Shown: positions 19,275 to 30,087, counted from the stretch's first letter. The stretch: DNA of 64,000 nucleotides from an uncultured Chloroflexia bacterium (GCA_963705155.1 CAVPJC010000024.1:47696-111695); one strand, 5' to 3'. Notes: a model not told the origin generated them from the letters alone. Numbers and translations: made by a program.

Positions 19275-20905
19275 ATGACAGACAGCAGTGAAAAGAACCT
19301 TCCCGATGTACGCTTTGCGTTAACACGGCGGGAATTTATGCGCTTTCTGGCGCTGATGGGCATGACAGCAGGCTCAGGTGTTCTTCTGGCAAGCTGCGCT
19401 CCTCCAGCAGCAACCGAGGCGCCAACCGCCGCAGCCCCTGAACCCACAGCCACCCCCGCCGGCCCAAAATCCTCAAGCTGCGCCTGGCAGGAGACATTGC
19501 GGGTATCGATCCGGCTTTCATGGTTGGTCTTACCGATAGCCTGATCTCCGACTGCGTTTTTAGCGGCCTGGTGATGCAAAAGCAGGGCGCCTATGAATGG
19601 AAAAATGACCTGGTTGAGGAAATCAAACAGTCTGAAGACGGCAAAACAATCGATTTCGCCCTCAGGCAGGGCGTCATGTTCCACAAAGGCTATGGGGAGC
19701 TGACTACAGAGGATGTCAAGTTCTCCTTTGAGCGTATCGCCGATCCAGCCACTCAATCCTCTTATGCAGGCGACTGGCTCACCCTGGACCACGTCGAAGC
19801 CATTGATAAATATCATGGCCAGATTGTGCTCAAGAGTCCTTTTGCGCCTTTGTTTGCCTCCACACTCCCGGTGAACAGCGGCAAGATCGTATGCAAGGCT
19901 CATGTGGATAAGGTCGGACAGAAGGCCATGACCCTGGATCCGGTGGGTTCCGGGCCTACATCTTCGATACCTGGAAGCCTCAGGAAAAAGCGATCTTGAA
20001 ACGCAATGCGGAATACTACGGTGAGCAACCCTACTACGATGAGAATCTATATCTTCCCGATAGCTGACAATCTGGCGGCTGAAACCGCGCTGGAAGCCGG
20101 CGAAGTGAACTGCACGCAGATCAGCCTGGGTTCTGCACAGCGTTTCATGGACAATCCAAACTTCATAACCGATAAAAAACAGGGCCTTTTCTATAACTGG
20201 ATTGGCATGGATGTTGAGAATCCCAAGCTGATGGATATCAACGTGCGTCAGGCTATCCGTTACGGCATTGACGTGAACCAGATCATGGCTGCGGTCTACT
20301 TTGGCCAGGCCGAGCGGGAACACGCCTTGATCCCGCCTGGTTTACCGGGCTTCTGGGAAGATGCCCCCCATTATGAGCGTGACGTCGCCAAGGCCAAGGA
20401 ATACCTGGGTAAAGCCGGTTTGCAATCCCTCGATATCACCTACTCGTGCTTGAATACCACTGAGGCGAAAGCCCAGGCCGAAATCGTACAGCAAAATCTG
20501 GCAGAAGTGGGCATCAATGTCACCATCGACGCCATCGATGCATCATCCTACTGGCAGGCAGGCATGGGCGATAACGGGATAAAGCTGGAGCTGTATGCAA
20601 CCGGCTTCTCAATGTACCCCGATCCTTCCTGGGCCACGATGTGGTTCACCTGCGACCAGGTGGGTGTGTGGAACTGGATGCGCTGGTGCAATGAAGAGTT
20701 TAACCAGCTGCACTTAAAAGGTGTGGAAGAACTGGATCCTGCTAAACGGAGTGAAATTTACATCCAGATGCAGAAACTGTGGGATGAAACCTGCATTAAT
20801 GTTTGGACGACCCATGGTGCAAACATTCATGTCTATACAAAAGATCTGGCGCCGTCCTTCACCCCGCACGGGCAGGAACAGCTATGGTACTTCAAGGCAG
20901 CCTGA
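19275..20905 (+). pseudogene. ABC transporter substrate-binding protein, family 5 (peptide/nickel type), frame-interrupted
   Basis: ATG at 19275 with a GAGAGGAG RBS. Tat-like/lipoprotein signal RREFMRFLALMGMTAGSGVLLASC. The body is split over ORFs 19191-19544, 19520-19999 and 20006-20905, so there are at least 2-3 frame changes. Confidence 0.7.
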
Positions 20906-20946
20906 TTTACATCCGTTAAGAAATTCAGACTGGTTGAAAAGTATGT

Positions 20947-20982
20947 ACCGGGGTTCACTTCCGGTGAACCCCGGTTTTAATT
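20947..20982 (+). terminator. Intrinsic terminator/attenuator after the binding-protein gene
   Basis: ACCGGGGTTCAC-TTCC-GGTGAACCCCGGT followed by TTTAATT. Confidence 0.55.
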
Positions 20983-21052
20983 GAGTGGTAGAGTTTGATT
21001 TAAAAACCAGCAAACCCCTGCAGTTTTGATAAACGGAAGGAATTTTCCAGGC

Positions 21053-22000
21053 ATGTACACTTACTTGTTGAACCGTTTGGGGATGACCATCCTGGTGCTG
21101 TTGATTGTAATCACATTTCTTTCGCTGCTGATCCAGTTCATTCCAGGCGACCCGGTGCGCACACTGCTTGGGCCGCGTGCCACGCCAGATTTATCGGCTA
21201 GAATCGCAGCGAAATGGAGCTTGACCAGCCCATTTATATTCAGGTGGCTCATTTTTTCTCAAGAACCCTGAAAGGTGACCTTGGAAATGATTTTTGGACC
21301 GGCAGGCCGATCAAATCCTATATTGAAGATGTCCTCGGACACACCCTGATTTTGGCTATCAGCAGCCTTGGACTGGCAGTCATTCTCGGCATTCCTCTGG
21401 GTGTTACTCTGCCACCCACCCCAACTCCTGGGTCGACCGAATACTGGCGATTTTATCCATTTCTTTCATAACCATCCCATCTTATGTGGCTGGCTTGTTT
21501 TTATTACTTGTATTTGCTGTTCGCCTCAAAGTAATGCCTGCCATTGGGCTGGGGGCCGAAGGCGATATTCTCGATTATATACAGCATCTGATCTTGCCAG
21601 CGACTGCCCTGGCAATCACCTGGATGGCTATTTAGCCCGCCTGGTGCGCACCAGCCTGTTGGAAGTGCTCAATACCAATTACATCCGGGCCGCGAAATCG
21701 TTTGGCCTGCAAGAGCGGATTGTGTTTTATAAATATGCACTTAAAAATGCCCTCATCCCAACCGTGGCCGTGCTCGGCGTCGGCTGGGCAGCCTGATGGA
21801 GGGCAATGTTCATTGAGGTGATTTTTGCCAGGCCGGGGATGGGAACACTGATCTTCAATGCCATTAATGCCCGAAATTTCCCCATCGTGCGGTCGGGTGT
21901 CATGGTGGTGGCGGTGCTCTTTATTTTGGCGAACCTGATTGCAGATATCGTTAACAGCTGGCTGGACCCCCGTATCCAGCTCGGCAAAAGCAACGGATAA
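21053..22000 (+). pseudogene. ABC permease (DppB/OppB-like), frame-interrupted
   Basis: MYTYLLNRLGMTILVLLIVITFLSLLIQFIPGDP... continues through four further ORF fragments (21214-, 21368-, about 21620- and 21806-22000), ending ...ANLIADIVNSWLDPRIQ. At least 4 frame changes in under 1 kb. Confidence 0.7.
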
Positions 22001-22004
22001 CTCT

Positions 22005-22894
22005 ATGGAATATGTTTCCAGGCAGAACAACCGCCTCTCCCGTTTTCTAGACCGCCTTCCCGTGATTGGGGACATATTAAAAAAGCCCCTGGGTATATTG
22101 GGATTTTCGATTGTTCTACTTTTTGTGCTGACCACCATTTTCGCCCCATGGATTGCCCCTTATGAAGCTTCCAAACAAGATTTCACGGCTATCTTCACCG
22201 CGCCCAGTTCGGAACATCTTCTGGGCACTGATAACCTGGGGCGCGACCTGTTTTCCCGGCTTGTTTTCGGCTCACGCATTGCCATGAGCGCTGCCATTCC
22301 CGCCGTATCGATTGGTTTGACGGCTGGACTGGTGCTCGGCCTGCTGGCCGGCTACCTGGGGGGTTGGGTAGATAATATCATTGTCATCTTGCTGGACTCT
22401 ATCCAGGCTTTTCCAACCCTGGTGCTGGCGCTTGCCATTCTGGCGCTGCTGGGGCCTTCGTTAACGAATGTGATCATCGTCATTGGCCTTGCTCTGATCC
22501 CGGGCTATGCGTGTGTCACTCGCGCCCAGGTGAAGTCGGTGAAAAATAACGACTACATCCAGGCGGAACATAACCTGGGGGCCAGCACTGCTCGCATTAT
22601 CCTGGTGCATTTGCTGCCCAATATCATCGCTCCGCTGGTGATCCTGGTTGCCATGGACTTGCCGGTGGTCATAACCTTCGAAGCCGGCTTATCCTTCCTG
22701 GGCCTGGGTGTCAGGCCTCCGACCCCCTCCTGGGGCGTAATCCTGGCGGATGGTTTTAAATATTTCATAACTCGCCTTGGCCAATTGTTTCGGCCGGGGC
22801 AGCTCTCATGCTGGTCACCCTGGGTTTTACATTATTCGGTGAAACGCTGCGCGATGTGCTCGATCCGCGCCTTGCAGGTACAGAAGGTGCTTGA
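22005..22894 (+). pseudogene. ABC permease (DppC/OppC-like), one frame change near the 3' end
   Basis: N-terminal FAPWIAPY motif and EAA-type loop region. The frame changes near 22770 to give the expected ...LFGETLRDVLDPRL C-terminus, with stop at 22892-22894. Confidence 0.7.
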
Positions 22895-24952
22895 TGGCCG
22901 ATCTGCTTGAAGTGAAAGGGCTGGAGGTTAAGTACCATACCCGCGCTGGCATACTCACTGCCCTGCGCGATATAGACTTCCGTGTACAGCAAGGCGAAAT
23001 TGTGGGGGTGGTGGGCGAATCTGGCTGCGGTAAGACCACCATAGCAGGTGCTGTGATGCAGCTCCTGCCGCTCAATGGGCGCATTACCCGCGGCCAGGTA
23101 TTATTTACAGAACCAGGATTTGTGCACTGCAAGCCCGGAAGAGCTGCGAAACCTGAGGGGGCGGGATATCTCCATGGTGTTCCAGGACGCAATGACCAGC
23201 CTGAACCCTGTCTTCAATATCCGCACACAAATGCTGGATATCCTGGCGGCCCACCATCCCGGTATAAACCGGGCAAGTCTGTTGGAAAAAGCCATTGCCA
23301 TGCTGGATCGGGTCGGTATACCCGATCCAGCCGAACGGATCAATGATTACCCCCACCAATACTCCGGGGGAATGCGCCAGCGAATCATGATTGCCATGGC
23401 GCTCATGGCAAACCCATCGCTGTTGATTGCCGATGAGCCGACTTCTGCCCTGGATGTCACCCTTGAAGCCCAGATTTCTGGAATTGATCCATGGTCTGCG
23501 CGATGAGCTCGGCACTGCCATTCTGTATATCTCCCACGACCTGGGGGTTGTGGCCCAATTGTGCGACCGGGTGATTGTCATGTATGCTGGCAATATCGTC
23601 GAACAAGCCATGGGTACAACCATATTCGACCACCCTGAACATCCATACACCCAGGCGCTGCTGGCGGCGCATCCTTCCCATAAACATCACCGGGAGCGCC
23701 TGCTCGCCATCTCGGGACGTGTTCCCAGCCTGAAAGATCTGCCGCCGGGCTGCAAATTTGCCGACCGGTGTGCTTATGTAAAGCCTCTCTGCAACCAGCG
23801 CGAACCGGTTTACACCACAATGGATGGCGACCACAGCGTGTTGTGCCACCGCCTGACAGAAGAATACGGGGAGGTTCTCGTGAAAGACCCTCTGGATGCA
23901 ACGATTGCGTTGCCGTCCGCAGCGGTGCTTGTCAGGGATGCGTCCCCCGACCAACCCGTTCTGGTAAAAGCCGAGGCTCTCCACATGCACTTTAGAGACC
24001 GTGTGAGCTTACTGGGGCAGTTGACGGGCCAGCGCCCGGGCTATCTTCGTGCCGTGAACGGCATCGATTTGAATATCCGCCGAGGCGAGACGGTAGGGCT
24101 GGTCGGTGAGTTGGGTTCCGGCAAAACCACGCTGGGTAAAACACTCCTGCGCTTGATTTAGTCCAGCGGCGGCCGCATCCTGTTCGAAGGTCAGGACATC
24201 ACTACACTCAACGATAACGAAGTGCGTCCCATGCGGGCGCGGATGCAGATGATTTTTCAGGACCCCATCTCCAGCTTGAGCCCGCGGATGAAAGTCGTCC
24301 GATCTACTCATGGAACCATTTCGTATTCAGGGCGTGCATGCCAACCCAAAAGAGAAAGTGCCGCAGCTGCTCGCAATGGTCGGCATGGCCGCCGAACAGG
24401 CTGATAAATATGCCCATGAGCTCTCCGGGGGCCAGGCACGCCGGGTGGGTATCGCTCGCGCTTTAGCGCTGAACCCGGAATTTATGGTAGCCGACGAGCC
24501 TACTTCCGGGTTGGATGTTTCCGTAGCAGCCAGCCTGCTCAATTTGCTGAAAGATCTGCGCGAGCAGTTGGGGCTGACCTATCTGATCATCACCCACAAT
24601 CTAAATGTGATTGGTTTTATCGCCAACCGGGTGGGTGTGATGTACCTGGGCAGGTTGGTAGAGCTGGGTCCGACGAATGAGATCTTTGAAAACCCCGCTC
24701 ATCCCTATACCGAGGCCCTGTTAACCGCCATCTCTGATCCAGACCCACATCAAAAAGAGACGCCCGCCAGCGGCGCAAACTGGTGAATGGCGAGATACCC
24801 AGCCCGCGAACCCGCCTTCCGGATGCCCTTTCCACCCCCGCTGCCGCTATGCAGATCAAAAATGCGCCAGCCAGCAGCCGGAAATGGTCGCAACAAACGC
24901 CGGTCATCTGACCGCCTGCTTCTATCCGGAGCGCATTGAAATGCGAACATAA
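22894..24952 (+). pseudogene. Fused double ABC ATPase (DppD-DppF / GsiA-like), frame-interrupted
   Basis: Two Walker A sites ([18 protein letters not shown]), two signatures ([16 protein letters not shown]) and oligopeptide C-terminal motifs. There is no stop between the two halves (ORF 23427-24161 spans the junction). At least 5 frame changes, one at the T-run 23475-23477. Confidence 0.7.
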
Positions 24953-24999
24953 AATGGTCGGGAATGAAGGCATAAGCCTTCATCCCCGACCATTTTTTG
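24953..24999. terminator. Bidirectional intrinsic terminator between the ABC operon (+) and serS (-)
   Basis: A roughly 19-bp imperfect palindrome, AATGGTCGGGAATGAAGGC...GCCTTCATCCCCGACCATT, flanked by an A-run on the left and TTTTTT on the right. Confidence 0.65.
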
Positions 25000-25014
25000 T
25001 AAGTTAATTTGTGC

Positions 25015-26289
25015 TTATTCCGGTCGGATCACTTCGATGCCGCCCATCCAGGGGCGCAGCACCTCGGGCACCACGACCGAGCCATCGGCCTGCTGGTTGT
25101 TTTCGAGCACGCCGATCAGCGTGCGCGGCATGCCCAGCCCCGATCCGTTGAGGGTGTGCACCAGGCGGGCGCGCCCGCCTTCTATGGGGCGGTACTTGAT
25201 ATTGGCGCGGCGGGCCTGGAAATCGGTGACGTTTGAAACCGACGATACTTCCAGCCATTCGCCGCAGCCTGGCGCCCAGACTTCAAAATCGTAGGTGATC
25301 GCCGAACCAAAGCCGATATCGCCCGTGCAAAGCTGCTTGACGCGGTACGGCAGGCCCAGCGTGGCGCAGGTGGCCTCGGCGTCTGCTGCCATTTTCTCGA
25401 ATTCGGCGGGCGAATCCTCGGGCTTGCAGAAGATATACATTTCCACCTTATCGAACTGGTGGCCGCGCTTAATGCCGCGCACATCCCGCCCGGCGCTCAT
25501 TTTTTCCCGCCGGAAACAGGGGGTGTAGGCCGTGTAGCGGCGCGGCAGGCTGGCCTCATCCAGAATATCATCCATGTGCAGACCGGTGAGCGGCACCTCG
25601 GCGGTGGGCACCATCCACAGGTCTTCTTCATGATCCTTGTAAAGGTTATCCGCAAACTTGGGGAGCTGCCCGGCGCCGAACAAAACCTGCCCCTTGACCA
25701 TGAAGGGCGGGTACTTCTCCAGGTATCCCTGGCGGCTGTGCAGATCCAGCATCCAGGCGATCAGGGCGCGCTGCAGCCGGGCGCCCGCCCCGCTGAGCAC
25801 GTAGAAGCGCGAACCGGTGATCTTAACCCCTTGCTCGAAATCGATGATCCCCAGGGATGTGCCGAGATCCCAGTGCGGTTTTGGCTCGAAATCGAATTTG
25901 GGCGCTTCCCCTACCGTGCGCAAAACCACATTTTCGGTTTCATCATGCCCCAGCGGTGTGCTGGGATCGGGGATATTGGGTATCAATGCAGTTGCGTCGT
26001 TGAGCCGGGTATCGACGGAGCGCAGCTCCTCGTCCAGGGCCGCGATGCGGTCGCCCACCGTGCGCATGGCGTCGATTTTGGCCTGGCGTTCAGCCGGGTC
26101 TTTCATGCGCCCGATTTCTTTGGAGACGGCGTTGCGCTCGGCTTTGAGCGTTTCGGTTTCCTGGATCAGGGCGCGGCGCACCCCGTCCATCGCCAGCACC
26201 TGGTCAACAGGGGCCGGGTCTAACTGGCGCACAGCCATCGAGCGGCGCACAAGATCGGGGTCTTCGCGGATAAGGTTTAGATCAATCAC
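25015..26289 (-). CDS. serS: Seryl-tRNA synthetase
   Basis: N-terminal coiled-coil arm and class II core ([41 protein letters not shown]). The start is placed at GTG 26289, preceded by GGAGGTG. The tracked ORF's extra 40 codons run into the T-box terminator and are rejected. Confidence 0.85.
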   Translation of the reverse strand: MIDLNLIREDPDLVRRSMAVRQLDPAPVDQVLAMDGVRRALIQETETLKAERNAVSKEIGRMKDPAERQAKIDAMRTVGDRIAALDEELRSVDTRLNDATALIPNIPDPSTPLGHDETENVVLRTVGEAPKFDFEPKPHWDLGTSLGIIDFEQGVKITGSRFYVLSGAGARLQRALIAWMLDLHSRQGYLEKYPPFMVKGQVLFGAGQLPKFADNLYKDHEEDLWMVPTAEVPLTGLHMDDILDEASLPRRYTAYTPCFRREKMSAGRDVRGIKRGHQFDKVEMYIFCKPEDSPAEFEKMAADAEATCATLGLPYRVKQLCTGDIGFGSAITYDFEVWAPGCGEWLEVSSVSNVTDFQARRANIKYRPIEGGRARLVHTLNGSGLGMPRTLIGVLENNQQADGSVVVPEVLRPWMGGIEVIRPE

Positions 26290-26355
26290 GGCAGCACCTC
26301 CACAGTGGTGTTTCGCTGTCGGCTTTGTGCACATTTGCCAGAAGCAGACAGCACT

Positions 26356-26653
26356 AAAAGAATAAGCCCCTTCGTCATTGCAGGACGAGAGGGGCGCTCG
26401 TGGTGCCACCTGCGTTTGCTGTGTGCAAATGCTTTTGCATTTGTCACAGCCTCAACCACGCGCTAACGGGCGAAACCCGATCTCCCTTACGCTGCTGCCA
26501 GGTGTACCTGGCAGGCGGCCCTTCGAGAGCAACTGGCCCGGTTTACGGGCCGGCGGAGGGGATTTCAGCGCGCATTCCTGCTGCCTCGCACCACCCGGCA
26601 GCTCTCTGAAAGGCGCAGCGGCTACTCGTCTCCGCGCAGTCTGTTGGATATTG
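26356..26653 (-). promoter_or_regulatory. T-box riboswitch leader of serS
   Basis: On the minus strand, stem I elements GGAGACGAGUAGC, CAGAGAGC and distal loop GGGUGGUGCGAG. T-box sequence AAACGCAGGUGGCACCACGAGCG at 26417-26395. Terminator GCCCCUCUCGUC-CUGCAAU-GACGAAGGGGC followed by UUAUUCUUUU (26395-26356). Confidence 0.75.
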
Positions 26654-26659
26654 AAGGGC

Positions 26660-26689
26660 ATTATACCCGATTTATTCCAGATCGTCCAA
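26660..26689 (-). promoter_or_regulatory. Sigma-70-type promoter (TTGGAC-18-TATAAT) for the serS leader
   Basis: On the minus strand, TTGGAC at 26689-26684, 18-nt spacer and TATAAT at 26665-26660. Confidence 0.45.
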
Positions 26690-26706
26690 ATCCTGTATCT
26701 GCAGGG

Positions 26707-27075
26707 TTAAGCATCAATGGATACTTGCAGCTCGCGCAGGGAAAGCGCCAGCGAGACCAGCAGCAGCACCAGGCTGATCCCGAATATCCACTTCCCCAGG
26801 AGAACCTGTCCGGCAAATAGTGCGATCATGGTCAGCACGCAGCCAAGGAAGCTGGCGACACCGCAAATCTGCATGTTACGGATGATGACAATTCTATAGC
26901 GCAGGTTAGCCAGCTGGCCTTTGATCTTAGGGTCGTGCTGGGTACGGTAGCGGGCATAAAGCTCACGGATCAGCGACGCCAGGGTCAGAAAGCGGTTGGT
27001 GTAGGCCAGCAGGAGCAGCGAGATCGCCGGAAACAAGAGCGCCGGGGTGGTCAGTGACAGGTCCATATCATTCAC
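26707..27075 (-). CDS. DUF2721-family membrane protein
   Basis: 122 aa. LLFPAISLLLLAYTNRFLTLASLIRELYARY plus two further helices. Overlaps the lysS stop by 8 nt. Confidence 0.6.
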   Translation of the reverse strand: MNDMDLSLTTPALLFPAISLLLLAYTNRFLTLASLIRELYARYRTQHDPKIKGQLANLRYRIVIIRNMQICGVASFLGCVLTMIALFAGQVLLGKWIFGISLVLLLVSLALSLRELQVSIDA

Positions 27076-28585
27076 GTTCGCGCAGGTGGGGGAATAAAAT
27101 CACTTCGCGGATATTCTGGCTGCCTGTGAAGAGCATGGCCAGCCGGTCGATGCCCATGCCAAACCCGCCGTTGGGGGGCATGCCGTAACGCATGGCACGC
27201 AGGTAATCCTCATCCATCGGGTGGCGTTCTTCGTCTTCGGCTTTATAATCGCGGCCCATCTCCAGGAAGCGGGCTTCCTGATCCAGAGGATCGTTCAGTT
27301 CGGTGAAGGCGTTGCACAGCTCAAAACCGGCCACAAAACCCTCAAAACGCTCCACCAATTGCGGGTTGCCCGACATGCTTTTAGCCAGCGGGGAGATATC
27401 GCGCGGGTAATTGTAAATGAAGGCCGGTTGGATCAGGCTGGGCTCCAGGTAATCGCCCAACAGGGCGTCCACCAGTTTCCCGCGCGGCGCCTCGGGCGCC
27501 ACCTGCATGCCGCGGCGTTTCATTTCTGCCCCGAGCACTTCAGCAGTCGGGAAGTCATTGATATCAATCCCGGTTACATTGATCAAACCCTGGCGCATCT
27601 CGATCCTTGGCCAGGGACGATCCAGGTTGATCTCCTGTCCATTGTAGGTGATGGTGCGTTTGCCCAGCACTCGATCAGCCACGTGGATCACCATTTCTTC
27701 GGTCAAATTCATCACCTGCTCGTAATCGGCGTAAGCCCAGTAAAACTCGAGCATGGTGAACTCGGGGTTATGGGTGCGATCCACGCCTTCGTTGCGAAAG
27801 TCGCGCCCGATCTCGTAAACCCGTTCCAGGCCGCCCACCAACAAGCGTTTGAGGTAAAGCTCAAAAGAAATCCGCAGGTACAGGTCTTGTTTGAGCTGGT
27901 TGTGGTGGGTGATGAAAGGCCGGGCTGCCGCGCCGCCGTAAATCGGCTGCAGCACGGGCGTTTCAACCTCGATAAAATCTCTGGCATCCAGGAACTCGCG
28001 CAGAGAACGCACCACTGCAGCGCGCGTGCGAAAGATCTGGCGCACATCCGGGTTGATCGCCAGGTCGGCATAGCGCTGGCGATAGCGTGTCTCAGGGTCG
28101 GTGAAGGTGGCATGGCGCACCACCTGCCCATCCACAACCTCGTCTTTGGCGGCCGGCAGCGGTGTAACCGATTTTGCCAGCAGTTTGTACTCGCTGACGC
28201 GCAGAGAAATCTCACCGGTGCGGGTGCGGAACATCTCGCCGTTCGCCTGCACGAAGTCACCCAGGTCCAGCTCCCGGGCAAACAGGTCCAGCGCTTCCTG
28301 GCCCACATCGTTGGCGCGCAGGAAGAGCTGGAGGCGGGCGTAGCCGTCTTCAATGTGCGCAAAGACAATCTTGCCCATCGGGCGCATCGAGCGCAAACGC
28401 CCCACCAGGGTAACCGTCACTGCTTCGGAGGAGGCATCTGCCTCAGCGGCTTCAAAGGCCTGGATTGCCTGAGCGTTGTTGTGTGTGCGTTTGGCCCGGG
28501 TGGGATATGGCTCAATCCCCTGGGCGCGCAGGCGCTCGAGTTTCTCAAGGCGTATTTTTTCGAGGTTTGTGTAGGTTTCTGACAT
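27068..28585 (-). CDS. lysS: Lysyl-tRNA synthetase (class II)
   Basis: OB-fold anticodon-binding N-domain and class II motifs (FRNEGVDRTHNPEFTMLEFY, GGFGMGIDRLAMLF). Start at MSETYTNLEKIR (ATG 28585). Confidence 0.9.
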   Translation of the reverse strand: MSETYTNLEKIRLEKLERLRAQGIEPYPTRAKRTHNNAQAIQAFEAAEADASSEAVTVTLVGRLRSMRPMGKIVFAHIEDGYARLQLFLRANDVGQEALDLFARELDLGDFVQANGEMFRTRTGEISLRVSEYKLLAKSVTPLPAAKDEVVDGQVVRHATFTDPETRYRQRYADLAINPDVRQIFRTRAAVVRSLREFLDARDFIEVETPVLQPIYGGAAARPFITHHNQLKQDLYLRISFELYLKRLLVGGLERVYEIGRDFRNEGVDRTHNPEFTMLEFYWAYADYEQVMNLTEEMVIHVADRVLGKRTITYNGQEINLDRPWPRIEMRQGLINVTGIDINDFPTAEVLGAEMKRRGMQVAPEAPRGKLVDALLGDYLEPSLIQPAFIYNYPRDISPLAKSMSGNPQLVERFEGFVAGFELCNAFTELNDPLDQEARFLEMGRDYKAEDEERHPMDEDYLRAMRYGMPPNGGFGMGIDRLAMLFTGSQNIREVILFPHLRERE

Positions 28586-28614
28586 AATTTCACTTCCATT
28601 CCGGCTTAATTTAA

Positions 28615-28648
28615 GCAAAAACCCCGCGCAAGATTGGCCTGCGCGGGG
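28615..28648 (-). terminator. Intrinsic terminator-like hairpin between greA and lysS
   Basis: On the minus strand, CCCCGCGCA-GGCCAATCT-TGCGCGGGG followed by UUUUUGC, only about 30 nt upstream of the lysS start. Confidence 0.5.
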
Positions 28649-28668
28649 CTAATAGACCAGCCCCAGAT

Positions 28669-29130
28669 CTAGCCCACCTTTAAGATCGTTACATTGAAAG
28701 AACCGCCCGGGGCATCCACGCGCACTTTATCACCGGTGCGGTGATCCATCAATGCACGCCCCAGCGGGGATTCGTTGGATATGCGCCCGTTGCGAGGATT
28801 TGCTTCCGCCGGTCCGACGATGGTATATACCTCTGGCTCGTTATCGCCTTCCTGAATGGTCACTTTGGCGCCCACCTGGGCAACATCCATATGGCCTGTC
28901 TCTTCAATCACGCGGGCGTTGGCCAGTAAAATCTCCAACTCCTGAATGCGACCTTCCACAAAGGCCTGCTCGTTTTTGGCAGCTTCGTATTCCGCATCTT
29001 CGATCAACTCGCCGCCTTCCATGGCTTCATGGAGGCGTTGAGCGACTTCCAGGCGCTTGACAGTTCTGAGGTGGTCCAGTTCTTCCTGCAGTTTCTGGTA
29101 GCCCTCTCGGGTCAAGAAAGAAGGAGGCAT
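28669..29130 (-). CDS. greA: Transcription elongation factor GreA
   Basis: 153 aa. LTREGYQKLQEELDHLR...NEQAFVEGRIQELE coiled coil, with C-terminal ISNESPLGRALMDHRTGDKV. Confidence 0.9.
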   Translation of the reverse strand: MPPSFLTREGYQKLQEELDHLRTVKRLEVAQRLHEAMEGGELIEDAEYEAAKNEQAFVEGRIQELEILLANARVIEETGHMDVAQVGAKVTIQEGDNEPEVYTIVGPAEANPRNGRISNESPLGRALMDHRTGDKVRVDAPGGSFNVTILKVG

Positions 29131-29304
29131 GTTTTTTTACCTATCTCAAGATAAAATTAGATTGATCACCCCAACCGAGCGATCTCAAACGAGGCACACA
29201 GCTATTCAAAACGATTAGCGGCGCTGGGAAGTGTTACCTTCCTGCGTCGCCGCGCCGTGATTTTAGCACAGATAGGGGTGGAACGCAAGATTAGAACGCT
29301 AATT

Positions 29305-30042
29305 CTACTCTGGCGGCGCCTGCCACAGGCGCACCACGGGGGGAACACCCGCATAAGCCCGGATGGCGCCGTTCATAGACTGCCAATCGGGCCAGAAAGA
29401 GCTGATTTGCGAGCGATGCGCCGCCACACTGCTCACCCAGGCCTGCAGACCCGCCGGTGTAAGCTCAAAAATATTCTCTCGCCAGCCGGCCTTCTGCATT
29501 CCGGTCAGATGGTCTGGAAAGCGCAGCACATAGGGGTAATCGGCGTAATACCACAGGGGCAAGCCCAGCAGCCCGGCAGCGGCGTGTGTCAGACGGTGGT
29601 CAACGTGCCCCCCGAGAGACAGCGGGCAGACCAGCCGCGCTCCGGCAGGCAAATTCCGGGCGATCTCATCTGCCAGCCAGCGCACCAGGCCGGATTCGTC
29701 CGCATGGATTGGCCCGAAGATGGCAGCTTCCGAGGCATACAGCGCTTCGCCTTCCGAATTCTTGCGGTAGATGCAGTCGGGCAGGGGCAGATGGCGCAGG
29801 CGGGCTCCCAGGATCGCGGCCGAAGCGGCGTCTTCGGCGCGGCGTTGAGCAGCCGTCATTTCGGTTATTTCCCAGCGGGCATGCAGCTCGATGGCAAAGG
29901 GTGAAAACCGCCCGGGCGGCGGATCGCCTGAGCAGATCGTCCAGATATCCACCGCAAGACCGGCTTGCGCCTGCTCCCACACCAGGCCGCCGCAGGATAG
30001 AGCCACATCATCCATGTGGGGAGAGAGGTAGATCCACGCCAT
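29305..30042 (-). CDS. PIG-L/LmbE family deacetylase
   Basis: 245 aa. IYLSPHMDDVALSCGG...GGHVDH motifs. Confidence 0.75.
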   Translation of the reverse strand: MAWIYLSPHMDDVALSCGGLVWEQAQAGLAVDIWTICSGDPPPGRFSPFAIELHARWEITEMTAAQRRAEDAASAAILGARLRHLPLPDCIYRKNSEGEALYASEAAIFGPIHADESGLVRWLADEIARNLPAGARLVCPLSLGGHVDHRLTHAAAGLLGLPLWYYADYPYVLRFPDHLTGMQKAGWRENIFELTPAGLQAWVSSVAAHRSQISSFWPDWQSMNGAIRAYAGVPPVVRLWQAPPE

Positions 30043-30087
30043 GTGCCCATTTTTACCACAATCTTCGCCCTACAGGAGAAGTAGCTT

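Noticed and set aside
19238-20323. 361-aa minus-strand ORF
   Set aside because: It is antisense to the family-5 substrate-binding protein gene and has no recognisable domain.
26290-26409. N-terminal 40-codon extension of the tracked serS ORF
   Set aside because: It overlaps the T-box terminator and U-tract. A GTG start with a GGAGGTG RBS at 26289 gives a normal-length SerS beginning (M)[10 protein letters not shown].
27221-28582. 453-aa plus-strand ORF
   Set aside because: It lies entirely antisense to lysS, which has unambiguous class II synthetase motifs. This is a typical shadow ORF of GC-rich DNA, and its sequence is low-complexity and Arg/Gly/His-rich.
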